Source: Thermoanaerobaculia bacterium
GTDB taxonomy: Bacteria > Acidobacteriota > Thermoanaerobaculia > UBA5066
DNA: 64,000 nucleotides
Assembly: GCA_963719225.1 (NCBI GenBank)
Contig: CAVRAY010000001.1
Span: 2,048,001 to 2,112,000, forward strand
Reading direction: 5' to 3'
The translations under genes and the position numbers were made by a program. Every line of letters starts with the position of its first letter. The first letter of the stretch is position 1. Positions 1-8,801 of this stretch are shown piece after piece. The notes beneath the pieces are model-generated. The model saw only the letters and a list, made by a program, of their open reading frames with translations. It ran no database searches and was not told the DNA's origin.

Positions 1-1337
1 TGGAAGAAGAACTTCATCGGGACGAGGCCGCGCGGCGTCGCCATCCACTTGTTCGACACGACGCGCGAGACCGTGGATTCGTGCATCCCGATGTCCTCGG
101 CGACGTCGCGGAGGACGAGAGGCTTGAGGTAGGCGACGCCGTAGTCGAAGAACTCGTGTTGCTTCTTGACGATCGACTCGGCGACGCGGACGATCGTGCG
201 CTTTCTCTGGTCGAGACTCTTCAGGAGCCATTGCGCGGCGCGCATCTTCTCCCTCAGGTAGCTCTTCCCTTCCCCGTCCAGGGCGCCGTCCCGCGCGAGG
301 AGCATGCGCCGGTAGAGCGCGGACACGCGCAGCCGCGGCAGGCCGTCGTCGTTGAACAGGACGACGTACTCGTCCTCGACCTTCACGACGGCCACGTCTG
401 GCTCCACGTAGATCGTCCGGGACGAGTCGTAGGCGCGTCCCGGCTTCGGATCCAGGCTCCTGATCCAGTCCAGGGCCTGCTGGATCTCCTCGACCGGCAC
501 GTTCATCTGGCGTGCGAGAAGCGCCGCCGGCTTCGAGCCGAGCTCCGCGAAGCGATGCGTGACGAGCTCCACGAGAAGGGGCGTGGCGATGTTGGCGGCC
601 CGCGCCTGGAGGAGGAGGATCTCGGCGAGATCCCTCCCACCGACGCCGCACGGGTCGAAGGACTGCAGGAGCGCGAGGGCCTTCTCGGCGGTCTCCATCG
701 CGCAGGGCACCGCGGCGGACACTTCGTCGAGCGTCGCCCTCAGGCACCCGTCGGGATCCACGTTGCCGATCAGGAACCCGCAGGCCTCCCGCACTCCGGG
801 AGGCGCGTCCGAAACTCCGAGCTGCTCCGTGAGATGCGCCTCCAGGCCTGGTGGGGCGTCGGCACGGTTCTCGAGCGAGAACTCCTCGGCCTGCTCGCTC
901 ATCCGCGGCGCCGTCGCCGTCGAGTCCATGTAGTCGCCGAAGTAGGCCTCGAGGTCGATGTCCCCGAGCGCGTCCTGGAGGGTCTCGGACGGCGCCTCGA
1001 CCACGGGCTCGGGAGCGGGCGGCTCGGCGGTTCCGGCGGTCATGGGCTCGGGGGCGCCTTCGGCATCCTCGGGTCCTGCGTCGCCGCTCTCGGGCGCCGT
1101 GCCCCCCGTCTCGGCGAGCTCGCGCTCACGCGTCTCGGCGGCGCCGGAATCGTCGTCCGGGGTGCCGGGGTTCTCGGGGTCCTGCTCCTCGAGCACCGGG
1201 TTCGAGACGAGTTCCTGGTTCACGACGTCCTGCAGCTCGAGGCGCGTCATCTGCAGCAGCTTGATGGCCTGCTGCAGCGTCGGCGTCATGACGAGCCGCT
1301 GCGAGAGCCTCAGCGAGAGTTTCTGTTCGAGTCCCAA
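1..1337 (-). CDS. rpoN: RNA polymerase sigma-54 factor (3' end runs off the window)
   Basis: Manual translation from TTG at 1337: MGLEQKLSLRLSQRLVMTPTLQQAIKLLQMTRLEL (region I). Near the left edge LVLRDVAEDIGMHESTVSRVVSNK (sigma-54 HTH). Follows lptB as in the conserved operon. Not in the ORF track because it is truncated. Confidence 0.96.
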   Translation of the reverse strand, partial: MGLEQKLSLRLSQRLVMTPTLQQAIKLLQMTRLELQDVVNQELVSNPVLEEQDPENPGTPDDDSGAAETRERELAETGGTAPESGDAGPEDAEGAPEPMTAGTAEPPAPEPVVEAPSETLQDALGDIDLEAYFGDYMDSTATAPRMSEQAEEFSLENRADAPPGLEAHLTEQLGVSDAPPGVREACGFLIGNVDPDGCLRATLDEVSAAVPCAMETAEKALALLQSFDPCGVGGRDLAEILLLQARAANIATPLLVELVTHRFAELGSKPAALLARQMNVPVEEIQQALDWIRSLDPKPGRAYDSSRTIYVEPDVAVVKVEDEYVVLFNDDGLPRLRVSALYRRMLLARDGALDGEGKSYLREKMRAAQWLLKSLDQRKRTIVRVAESIVKKQHEFFDYGVAYLKPLVLRDVAEDIGMHESTVSRVVSNKWMATPRGLVPMKFFF

Positions 1338-1398
1338 TGTTTTTCCGAAGCTCCCGTCAGCCGGGAGTCACCGTGATTCTAGCGCCGCGCCTCGGGGC

Positions 1399-2136
1399 TC
1401 AGTCGAGCCGGAAGCGTTCGCCGAGATAGACGCGTCGCACCTCGGGGTCCGAGGAGAGCTCGGCGGGCGAGCCCGCCCTGAAGATGGCGCCCGTGTTGAT
1501 GATGTAACCACGATCCACGATCGCGAGGGTGTCCCGCACGTTGTGGTCCGTGATGAGCACCCCGATGCCGGCGGCCGCGAGGTCGCGGATCACGCGCTGG
1601 ACGTCGAGGACCGTGATCGGGTCGATCCCTGCGAACGGCTCGTCGAGCAGCATGAAACGGGGAGACAGGGTCAGGGCGCGGGCGATCTCGAGCCGGCGTC
1701 GCTCTCCTCCCGAAAGCGTGTCGGCCACCGCATGGGCGAGGTGCGAGAGATTGAAGCGGTCGAGAAGGCCGCGCGCCGTTTCCTCGCGCGCGGCGCGCTC
1801 TCCGGGCAGAGTCTCGAGGATCGCGAGGAGGTTCTCGAGGGCGGTCATTTTCCGGAAGATGGACGCTTCCTGGGGAAGGTAGCCGAGGCCGCGCCTCGCG
1901 CGCCGGTACATCGGGAGCGTCGTGACGTCCTCCCCGTCGAGGAGCACGGAACCCCCGTCGGGCTCGACGAGGCCGACGACGATCGAGAACGTCGTCGTCT
2001 TCCCCGCCCCGTTCGGACCGAGGAGGCCCACGACCTCTCCCGCCGCGACGAGGATCGAGACGCCGTTGACGACCGTGCGGCCCCGGTAGGCCTTGGAGAG
2101 GTTCCGGGCGTCCAGGACGGCTCCGTTCCCGTTCAT
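1399..2136 (-). CDS. lptB: LPS export ABC transporter ATP-binding protein
   Basis: GPNGAGKTT Walker [55 protein letters not shown] at 2136 overlaps the upstream stop (ATGA). Confidence 0.96.
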   Translation of the reverse strand: MNGNGAVLDARNLSKAYRGRTVVNGVSILVAAGEVVGLLGPNGAGKTTTFSIVVGLVEPDGGSVLLDGEDVTTLPMYRRARRGLGYLPQEASIFRKMTALENLLAILETLPGERAAREETARGLLDRFNLSHLAHAVADTLSGGERRRLEIARALTLSPRFMLLDEPFAGIDPITVLDVQRVIRDLAAAGIGVLITDHNVRDTLAIVDRGYIINTGAIFRAGSPAELSSDPEVRRVYLGERFRLD

Positions 2137-4148
2137 GAGCGCTCCGGCTTGAGGATCGTTTCGGTCGGCACCGACTGGTCGGTTTCCACGTCCACCTGGG
2201 AGCGCCCCTGCCGGAACGTCAGGATCGCGCCCGTCGAGCGGTTCCCCTTCCCGTCCAGCGCGGTCGCCGGCGCGCCTTCCAGCGTGACGGCCTCGGTCTG
2301 GGGGCGCCACATGGCCTTCGTGCCCTCTCCCCTCCTGTGCTGGGCGCGGTCCTCCACGACGACGGTGCCGCGCGCCTCGGTGTATTCGATGGCGCGGTCG
2401 GCCGCGAGGCGGATGTCCGTGACGTCGGAGCTCATCGTCCAGGTTCCGGACGTCATCGTCGCATGCCCTTCCAGCCGGACGAACCGGTCCTGTTCGCGAT
2501 GGAAGAGGGTGTCACCGGTCGCATTGACCGTCTCCCCGGAGCGTCCGGCCGGCGGCGGCCGCGTTCCCTTGACCGGAGTCGTCTCGCGCCGGAAAAAGGC
2601 CCGGACCTTCTGTTCGGCCCGGAGGGTCCTTGCGGAATCGTCCACCTCGAGGTGGCCGCAACGCAGCACGTTCTCGTTCTGCCACGCGCGGACCGACCCT
2701 CCGAGGACGAGCTTCTGGGAACGCCCGAGGAACTGCAGGGTCTCCGACTCGGAGAAGAACGGGCTCTTCCCGTCTCCGCCGAGGAACCCGGGCCGTCCCG
2801 CGCCGGGAAGGTACGAGGCCTTCACGGAGCCGGCCGCGTCCAGGCGTTCCTCGCGCGCGCTCCAGGAGAGGGTTCGAGCGGTGATGGCGCCCCGCTCGTC
2901 GTGATAACGGGCGGGGACGTCCCGCTCTCCTGAAAACACCGCGGTGTCGTCGCCTCCACGCAGCGTGCCATGCGGCGCCTGCAGGACCGCTCGCGTCCCG
3001 TCCGCCGCTTCCACGCCGCTCTCGAACGTCGCCGTTTCGATCGAGCGCCCGTCCGCCTGGAAGAGGATGCGCGCGAAGCCCGCCGCGAGCGTCCTGAGGC
3101 CGGACCCGGGCGGTCCCCCGGCGCGGCTGCTCTCGGCGGCATCGAGGTGCACGGGCACCGTCAGCTCCCGAAATCGTCCTCTCTCGAATCGCCCCGAGAA
3201 GCGTTGGGCTCGGGCGCGGCGCGCTCCCTCCCCGGCCGAGGGACCGAGATCGAGCCGCGCGGGCACGTCCGCCTGGCCTTCCGCCGCGAGTGTGGCGGGC
3301 TGTCCGGAGGCGTCTACCTTCATCTCGAGGACGTCTCCCTGGGCCGTGAGCGCCGCCGGAGGCTGGGCCCCCGCGGGGAGCACGAGGAGGCGCGCATTCA
3401 CCGTCGCCTTCAGGTTGCTGCCCCCCTCCTCTTCGAGCCGCGAGAGGGATTCGCTACGGAGGACGAAGCGGTCGGTCTTCAGCACGGCGCCGCCCGTTGC
3501 TTCCATCCTTCCTTCGCGCGAGAGGACGACGTGCGGCGCGGCCAGGTCGAAGGCCCGCCCTCCGTCACCCCGCCCTCGCAGGCGAGCCTCTCCTTCGAGG
3601 ACGAGGCGCCCGTCGCGGACGTCGACTCGTCCCGAGTCCGCGTTCGCCACGAGGCCGCCGCGGAGCGCGGCGACCGGCCCCTCCGAGGCCAGAACCCTCA
3701 TCGCGGGCTCGTACCGGAAGGAAGCCGCCTTCACGCTCGTCTCGTCGCCCTCGATCCTCACATCGTCGAAAACCCGGAAGGCGCGCGAACCTTCGACGAG
3801 CTCCGCCCGCGGTGCCCGGACCGAGACGATCTGCGCCCGGGCGCCCTCCCGGGACTCGAAGACGACATCCTTGAGCCGAAAGACCTTCTCTCCCTTCTCC
3901 TCGAACTTCACCGCCTCGGACGCGCGCACGCGGTATCGGCCCTCGGAAGCGCGCGTCTCGTCGTACTGGAAGTCGCGGAAGCGCATCGTGTCGCGTTTCC
4001 CCCCGGCCTCGCGAAGCAGGGTTTCGGCGACGGGGTCGCGGGCGCCTTCCGTCCGGGCGCCGGGCTTGCGATACGAGACGAGGACGACGAGCGTGAACAC
4101 CGCGGCTGCGACCGCGACCGACGCCCGCGCGATCCGCCGGCGCGTCAT
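2133..4148 (-). CDS. Long LptC/LptA (OstA beta-jellyroll)-like LPS transport protein, about 671 aa
   Basis: C-terminal part of ORF 2133..5945 from [24 protein letters not shown] (N-terminal TM). Repeated beta-rich OstA-like segments ([28 protein letters not shown]). Directly upstream of lptB. Confidence 0.78.
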   Translation of the reverse strand: MTRRRIARASVAVAAAVFTLVVLVSYRKPGARTEGARDPVAETLLREAGGKRDTMRFRDFQYDETRASEGRYRVRASEAVKFEEKGEKVFRLKDVVFESREGARAQIVSVRAPRAELVEGSRAFRVFDDVRIEGDETSVKAASFRYEPAMRVLASEGPVAALRGGLVANADSGRVDVRDGRLVLEGEARLRGRGDGGRAFDLAAPHVVLSREGRMEATGGAVLKTDRFVLRSESLSRLEEEGGSNLKATVNARLLVLPAGAQPPAALTAQGDVLEMKVDASGQPATLAAEGQADVPARLDLGPSAGEGARRARAQRFSGRFERGRFRELTVPVHLDAAESSRAGGPPGSGLRTLAAGFARILFQADGRSIETATFESGVEAADGTRAVLQAPHGTLRGGDDTAVFSGERDVPARYHDERGAITARTLSWSAREERLDAAGSVKASYLPGAGRPGFLGGDGKSPFFSESETLQFLGRSQKLVLGGSVRAWQNENVLRCGHLEVDDSARTLRAEQKVRAFFRRETTPVKGTRPPPAGRSGETVNATGDTLFHREQDRFVRLEGHATMTSGTWTMSSDVTDIRLAADRAIEYTEARGTVVVEDRAQHRRGEGTKAMWRPQTEAVTLEGAPATALDGKGNRSTGAILTFRQGRSQVDVETDQSVPTETILKPERS

Positions 4149-5908
4149 CCCGGCGCCGCCGGCATGAGGTCCACGACGGTGAGCGCGGGACGCCCGGTGA
4201 AGGAATCGATCGCGAGGTTTCCCGCCACGTCCACTCGCCCGGCCCGCTCGGCGGGAGGAATGTCGGCGAGCGTCCACCCGACCGCCTCGAGGCGCCTTCC
4301 GTTCGAGGTGAGCGAGACGCGCAGGCCGCGCTCGCCCACCGCTCGGCCGCGGCCGTCCCACTCCATTCCCCGGAAGCGGAGGAGCGGCTTTGGATTCTCC
4401 TGCCCGTGGGGCTCGAGCCGTTGCAGCGCGCGCGCGAGGAAGTCGTCCGCCTCGGGCGCCTCCGCGTCGGTATCGACGAGGAGTTCCTCGGCCCACTCGT
4501 CTTCGTCGCGGGCCTCGGCGAAGGCCGCCCGCAGGTCTTCGCGAAACGCGTCGAAGGACGTCGCCGGCAGAGTCAGGCCGAGCGCGGCGGCATGACCCCC
4601 GAACTCGGACGTGTAGCGCCTCGCCACGGGTGCCAGACGTTCGAAGAGCGGGGTCCTCCCATGCGTGCGCCCGCTGCCCGACACGACGTCTCCTTCCCGG
4701 GCGAGGAGCAGCACGGGGCGAGCCAGCTCCTTCGCGACCCGCGATGCGGCGATGCCGAGGACGCCGCGGTGCCAGCCGTCCACCGCCTCTCCCGCCTCCA
4801 CGACGATGGCGTCGCGCGTCGGGTCGAAGAGGCTCGCGAGGCGCCTCAGAACGGCGTCGACGACGCGCTGCTGCACCTCCCGCCGTTCGTCGTTCGCGGC
4901 TTCGATCTCGTCGGCGAGAACCTCGGCGCGGGCGGCGTCCGAGGTCGTGAGCAGCTCGAAAGCCCGTGCGGCGTGGTCGAGCCGCCCCATGGCGTTCAAG
5001 CGAGGGGCGATGCGAAACGCGACTTCGCGCGTCGAGGGAGCGCGGCCGGCGGGAACGCCCGCTCGTCTCAGGAGGGCGGCGAGCCCGGGAGCGCGCGGAT
5101 CGGCGAGGCCCGAGAGGCCCCACGAGACGAGAACGCGGTTCTCCCCCGTGAGCGGCACCATGTCGGCCACGGTCGAGATCGCCGCGATCTTCGCGAGAGA
5201 GGCGAGCCAGCGGCGGCGGGCGGCGGCGTCCATCCCGACGCGCTCGCCGGAGTGGATGAACAGCGCTTCCGCCAGCTTCCAGGCGAGGCCGGCGCCGCAA
5301 AGCTCCTTGAACGGGTAACGGCAGCCCGGGAGCTTCGGGTCGACGAGGACGGCCCCTTCCGGCAGCGCGGCCGGAGGCAGGTGATGGTCGGTGACGACGA
5401 CGTAGACGCCCCGGCCCGTGGCCTCCGCGACCGTTTCGACGGCGGTAATGCCGCAATCCACCGTCACGATTCCTTCGGGATCGTGCTGCTCGAGCGCCCG
5501 CCGGAGCGTCGGGGCGCGAAGGCCGTAGCCGTCGTGCAGTCGATGCGGGATGAACGGGCGCGCGTCGGCGCCCAGCTTCGTGAGGGCCGTCGTGAGGATC
5601 GCGAGCGCGCCGACGCCGTCGCAGTCGTAGTCGCCGAAGACCACGACACGTCCGCCTCGCCGGGCCGTCTCGGCGAGGCGCTCGACCGCGGCGGGCAGAC
5701 CCGCCATCGCGAACGGGTCGTGAAGCGCGTCCGCCGCGGGCGCGAGGTGCGTCCGCGCGGCCTCGACGTCGTCGAATCCCCGCGCCGCCAGAACGCGCGC
5801 CGCCGCGGCGGGCAGTCCGAGCTCGCGGGAGAGACGATCCGCCGCGTCCGGATGCTGGGGCCGAAGTTGGCGCCGCACGAGACGCGGTGTGCGCGCCGGG
5901 GCGCTCAC
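4145..5908 (-). CDS. recJ: Single-stranded-DNA-specific exonuclease RecJ
   Basis: GDYDCDG, PHRLHDGYGL, TVDCG, TDHH, LCGAG, ADMVPL, PRLNAMGR, GSGR, GGH motifs. GTG start overlaps the accA stop. Confidence 0.95.
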   Translation of the reverse strand: MSAPARTPRLVRRQLRPQHPDAADRLSRELGLPAAAARVLAARGFDDVEAARTHLAPAADALHDPFAMAGLPAAVERLAETARRGGRVVVFGDYDCDGVGALAILTTALTKLGADARPFIPHRLHDGYGLRAPTLRRALEQHDPEGIVTVDCGITAVETVAEATGRGVYVVVTDHHLPPAALPEGAVLVDPKLPGCRYPFKELCGAGLAWKLAEALFIHSGERVGMDAAARRRWLASLAKIAAISTVADMVPLTGENRVLVSWGLSGLADPRAPGLAALLRRAGVPAGRAPSTREVAFRIAPRLNAMGRLDHAARAFELLTTSDAARAEVLADEIEAANDERREVQQRVVDAVLRRLASLFDPTRDAIVVEAGEAVDGWHRGVLGIAASRVAKELARPVLLLAREGDVVSGSGRTHGRTPLFERLAPVARRYTSEFGGHAAALGLTLPATSFDAFREDLRAAFAEARDEDEWAEELLVDTDAEAPEADDFLARALQRLEPHGQENPKPLLRFRGMEWDGRGRAVGERGLRVSLTSNGRRLEAVGWTLADIPPAERAGRVDVAGNLAIDSFTGRPALTVVDLMPAAPG

Positions 5909-6855
5909 GCGCTCTCCCAGGCCCCCATGGCGCGAAACTTCGCATAGCGCGCCTCGAGCAGCGCCTCGACAGGCAGGCGCGCGAGCCGCTCCAGCCTTTC
6001 GTCGATCGCCCGGCCGACGGTGTCGATGGTCGCGACGGGATCCGCGTGGGCGCCGCCGGGAGGCTCCGGCAGCACCTCGTCGATGACGCCGAGCGCCTTG
6101 CAGTCGGCCGCGGTCACGCGCATCGCCTCCGCGGCCTCCTTGGCGCGGGCCTGGTCCTTCCAGAGGATCGCGGCGCACCCCTCGGGCGAGATCACGGAAT
6201 AGACGGAGTGCTCGAGCATGAGGACGACGTCCCCGATGCCGATCCCGAGCGCTCCGCCGGATCCTCCCTCGCCGATGACGGTCGCCACGATCGGCGTGCG
6301 AAGCGACGCCATCTCCAGGAGATTGCGCGCGATGGCCTCCGCGACGCCCCGCTCCTCGCTTTCGAGGCCCGGGAACGCGCCCGGCGTATCGATGAACGAG
6401 AGGACGGGCTTCCCGAACTTCTCGGCGAGCTTCATGATGCGCAGCGCCTTGCGGTAGCCTTCGGGCCTCGGCATTCCGAAGTTGCGCCGGATCTTCTCCC
6501 GCGTGTCGCGGCCCTTCTGGTGCCCGATCACCGCCACCGCGCGGTCTCCGAGAAACCCGAAGCCCGCGACGATGGCGGGATCGTCGGCGAAGGCGCGGTC
6601 GCCGTGCCACTCCACGAAATCGCGGATGAGGATGCGCACGTAGTCGAGCGTGAAGGGCCGGTTCGGGTGCCGCGCGACGAGGGTCTTCTGCCAGGGCGTG
6701 AGGTTCTCGTAGATCTCGCGGGAGACCTTCTGGAGCTTCTCCTCGAGCTTCTCGACCTCGCGATCGCGCGCGGGGCTGTCCGCGAAGGTCTTCAGCTCCT
6801 CGAGCCGCCGCCGCACGCGCTGGATCGGCTCTTCGAACTGGGCCTCGTTCGCCAC
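5905..6855 (-). CDS. accA: Acetyl-CoA carboxylase carboxyltransferase alpha subunit
   Basis: ARHPNRP, FGMPRPEGYRKALR, DTPGAFPG, GEGGSGGAL, SVISPEGCAAILWKD. Start placed at GTG 6855. Confidence 0.97.
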   Translation of the reverse strand: MANEAQFEEPIQRVRRRLEELKTFADSPARDREVEKLEEKLQKVSREIYENLTPWQKTLVARHPNRPFTLDYVRILIRDFVEWHGDRAFADDPAIVAGFGFLGDRAVAVIGHQKGRDTREKIRRNFGMPRPEGYRKALRIMKLAEKFGKPVLSFIDTPGAFPGLESEERGVAEAIARNLLEMASLRTPIVATVIGEGGSGGALGIGIGDVVLMLEHSVYSVISPEGCAAILWKDQARAKEAAEAMRVTAADCKALGVIDEVLPEPPGGAHADPVATIDTVGRAIDERLERLARLPVEALLEARYAKFRAMGAWESA

Positions 6856-6861
6856 GGGGAG

Positions 6862-6870
6862 ACTGTAGCA
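6862..6870 (-). promoter_or_regulatory. Putative extended -10 box (TGcTACAGT), leaderless-type, accA
   Basis: TANNNT hexamer 6 nt before the GTG start; no SD in between. Confidence 0.5.
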
Positions 6871-6920
6871 GAGGGACCCGCGCATCGCTCGACAGAGGCG
6901 GAGCTTCGGGGCAAGCTCTG

Positions 6921-6950
6921 AAGAGAGATTTTCTGAGAATGGAAGAGAGG
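6921..6950 (+). repeat. Dispersed AT/purine-rich motif, single copy (accA / methyltransferase divergent region)
   Basis: AAGAGAGATT-TTC-TGA-GAA-TGGAAGAGAGG. Confidence 0.6.
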
Positions 6951-7877
6951 ACGCCCTCGGGTTCTTCCGCGTTGGTGTGCCCGGCCTGTCACGGCGCACT
7001 TTCGGAGTCCGCTTTGGCGCTCGCGTGTCTGGCCTGCGGCCGCTCGTTTCCCGTCGACGACGGCATCGCGGACTTCGCCGAGGGCCGGTACTTCATCGAC
7101 CATCCGGATCCGACCACGCTCTCCGAGGATGTGCGTCGCGGGATGGCGAATGAGAACGAAGGCCGCCGTATCGACGATTACTACTTGCCGATCCTGCGCG
7201 CGGCAGGCGCGCGCCGCGTCCTCGATTCCGGCTGCGGCAACGGTGAGGCGGTGGACGTCCTCCTGGACGCTGGCTTCGACGCGTGGGGACACGACCTCTC
7301 GGCGTTCCGGAAGTGGCAGTGGGGTGCGCGCCGCAGGCGGGATCGACTCGTCGTCGCCGACGGCCTGAAGTTGCCGTTCGCGGACGGGTTCTTCGACGCC
7401 GTGATCTCCTCGGGCGTCCTCGAGCACATCGGCGTCTCAGAGCGCGGCGGGCCCGGAATCTACGAGGTCTCACCGCTCCCTGACCGCGACGCGAGGCGGT
7501 GGGCCTTTCTTGCGGGACTCGTGCGGGTCCTCGCGCCGCGAGGGACGCTCTACCTCGACTTTCCGAACGGTGCCTTCCCCATCGACTTCTGGCACGGGCC
7601 GACCGCCGGTGGGGCACGGTGGCATTCACCTGTCGAAGGATTCCTTCCGAGGGTGAGAGAGATCCGACGGCTCGCGGAGCGCCTGGAGCCCCCTCTCTTG
7701 GTCTCCGTGCGCTCGCCGCACCGCAGGCTGCGCTTCAACCAGGTGGGCGCACACTGGTATGGTCGCTTCTTCCGCGCTCCGATGGCGGGCTTCTACGCGC
7801 TTACGGCGGTTCGGGGCTTCACGTGGCTCGCCGCGACCCCGCTTAATCCCTACCTGACCCTGTCGCTACGCCGCTGA
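6939..7877 (+). CDS. Class I SAM-dependent methyltransferase with N-terminal Trm112-like Zn ribbon
   Basis: LVCPACH...CLACGRSFPVDDGIADF; VLDSGCGNG motif I; LPFADGFFDAVIS; VLEH; RVLAPRG. Confidence 0.85.
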   Translation: MEERTPSGSSALVCPACHGALSESALALACLACGRSFPVDDGIADFAEGRYFIDHPDPTTLSEDVRRGMANENEGRRIDDYYLPILRAAGARRVLDSGCGNGEAVDVLLDAGFDAWGHDLSAFRKWQWGARRRRDRLVVADGLKLPFADGFFDAVISSGVLEHIGVSERGGPGIYEVSPLPDRDARRWAFLAGLVRVLAPRGTLYLDFPNGAFPIDFWHGPTAGGARWHSPVEGFLPRVREIRRLAERLEPPLLVSVRSPHRRLRFNQVGAHWYGRFFRAPMAGFYALTAVRGFTWLAATPLNPYLTLSLRR

Positions 7878-8742
7878 ATCTCCTCGAGAATCCGGGCGCG
7901 ACGAAGTCTTCGCTCCCCCAGAGAAGAAGTTGAAGAACGAGGCGAGGTGTGCGCGCGGGAGGCACGGCCTTGTGGAAGCACGTTGGGTCCTCGAGGAAGC
8001 CCGTCCCCGCTGGTCCCAGGATGGTTCGAAGGCTTGCACGACCGTAGACGCCCTCGATTTCCGCGTCCTCACGCCAGCGGCTCGCGGAGAACTGGTGACG
8101 CAGAGCCTTGCGGCGGTGGCTACCGAGTACGCAGACATGAGGGCCGGCGTTCTCGTCGACGTCCGTTAAATAGAAGAAGCCACTGAGAGAACGCCATGCA
8201 TAGAGGTCGAAATGGAATCGCCGCCCCGTCTGAATCTCCTCCGAGGCGGAACCCTTTTGGGGAAAGCTCCACCAGACACGGCTACCGAGAAAACGACTCT
8301 CTCGTCCAAGCACCCGGCAGGCGAGAGGGTGCAGGTGCAGGGTGATGGTCTCCACCGGCGCCCAGACCGCCGTTTCCTCGTAGCACGCGACAATGGGACC
8401 TCCCGCGGCCTCGTATGAGGGCGCGAGGGGGTGTAACGCGGCGCGACTCTCGCGCTCCCGCGCGAGGCCGCGAATTGCTGCGAGACTCCCGGCGCTCAAG
8501 CGTAGCCCTTGAGCGAAACCCTGATGGAACAGGTCGCGCAAGATCGCAGTCTCATCGAACGGCTCTAGCGGAACATCTGCTGCGCTCTCGCGACGACGTG
8601 CGTGGGCAAGGAAGGTTCCTTTTGGAAGCCGCGGGCGCGTAAAGCGGGCGAGGGCGTACATCGAAAGCCATTCGGCCCGCCTCAAGGGTCCGGCGCCATT
8701 CTCCCGGATGACCTTCAGACAGGTACTCAGGTAGCTGATCAT
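7843..8742 (-). CDS. Phytanoyl-CoA dioxygenase-like Fe(II)/2-oxoglutarate oxygenase
   Basis: FHFD (HxD), FYLTDVDENAGPH, GSH, GPAGTGFLEDPTCFHK (distal His), RLVLQL. Visibly more A/T than its neighbours. Confidence 0.72.
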   Translation of the reverse strand: MISYLSTCLKVIRENGAGPLRRAEWLSMYALARFTRPRLPKGTFLAHARRRESAADVPLEPFDETAILRDLFHQGFAQGLRLSAGSLAAIRGLARERESRAALHPLAPSYEAAGGPIVACYEETAVWAPVETITLHLHPLACRVLGRESRFLGSRVWWSFPQKGSASEEIQTGRRFHFDLYAWRSLSGFFYLTDVDENAGPHVCVLGSHRRKALRHQFSASRWREDAEIEGVYGRASLRTILGPAGTGFLEDPTCFHKAVPPARTPRLVLQLLLWGSEDFVAPGFSRRFSGVATGSGRD

Positions 8743-8801
8743 GTCCGCGGAGGTAGTGTCTCGCAGCGGGCGGTGCCTACAGCAGGTTCGACACGCCGAC
8801 G

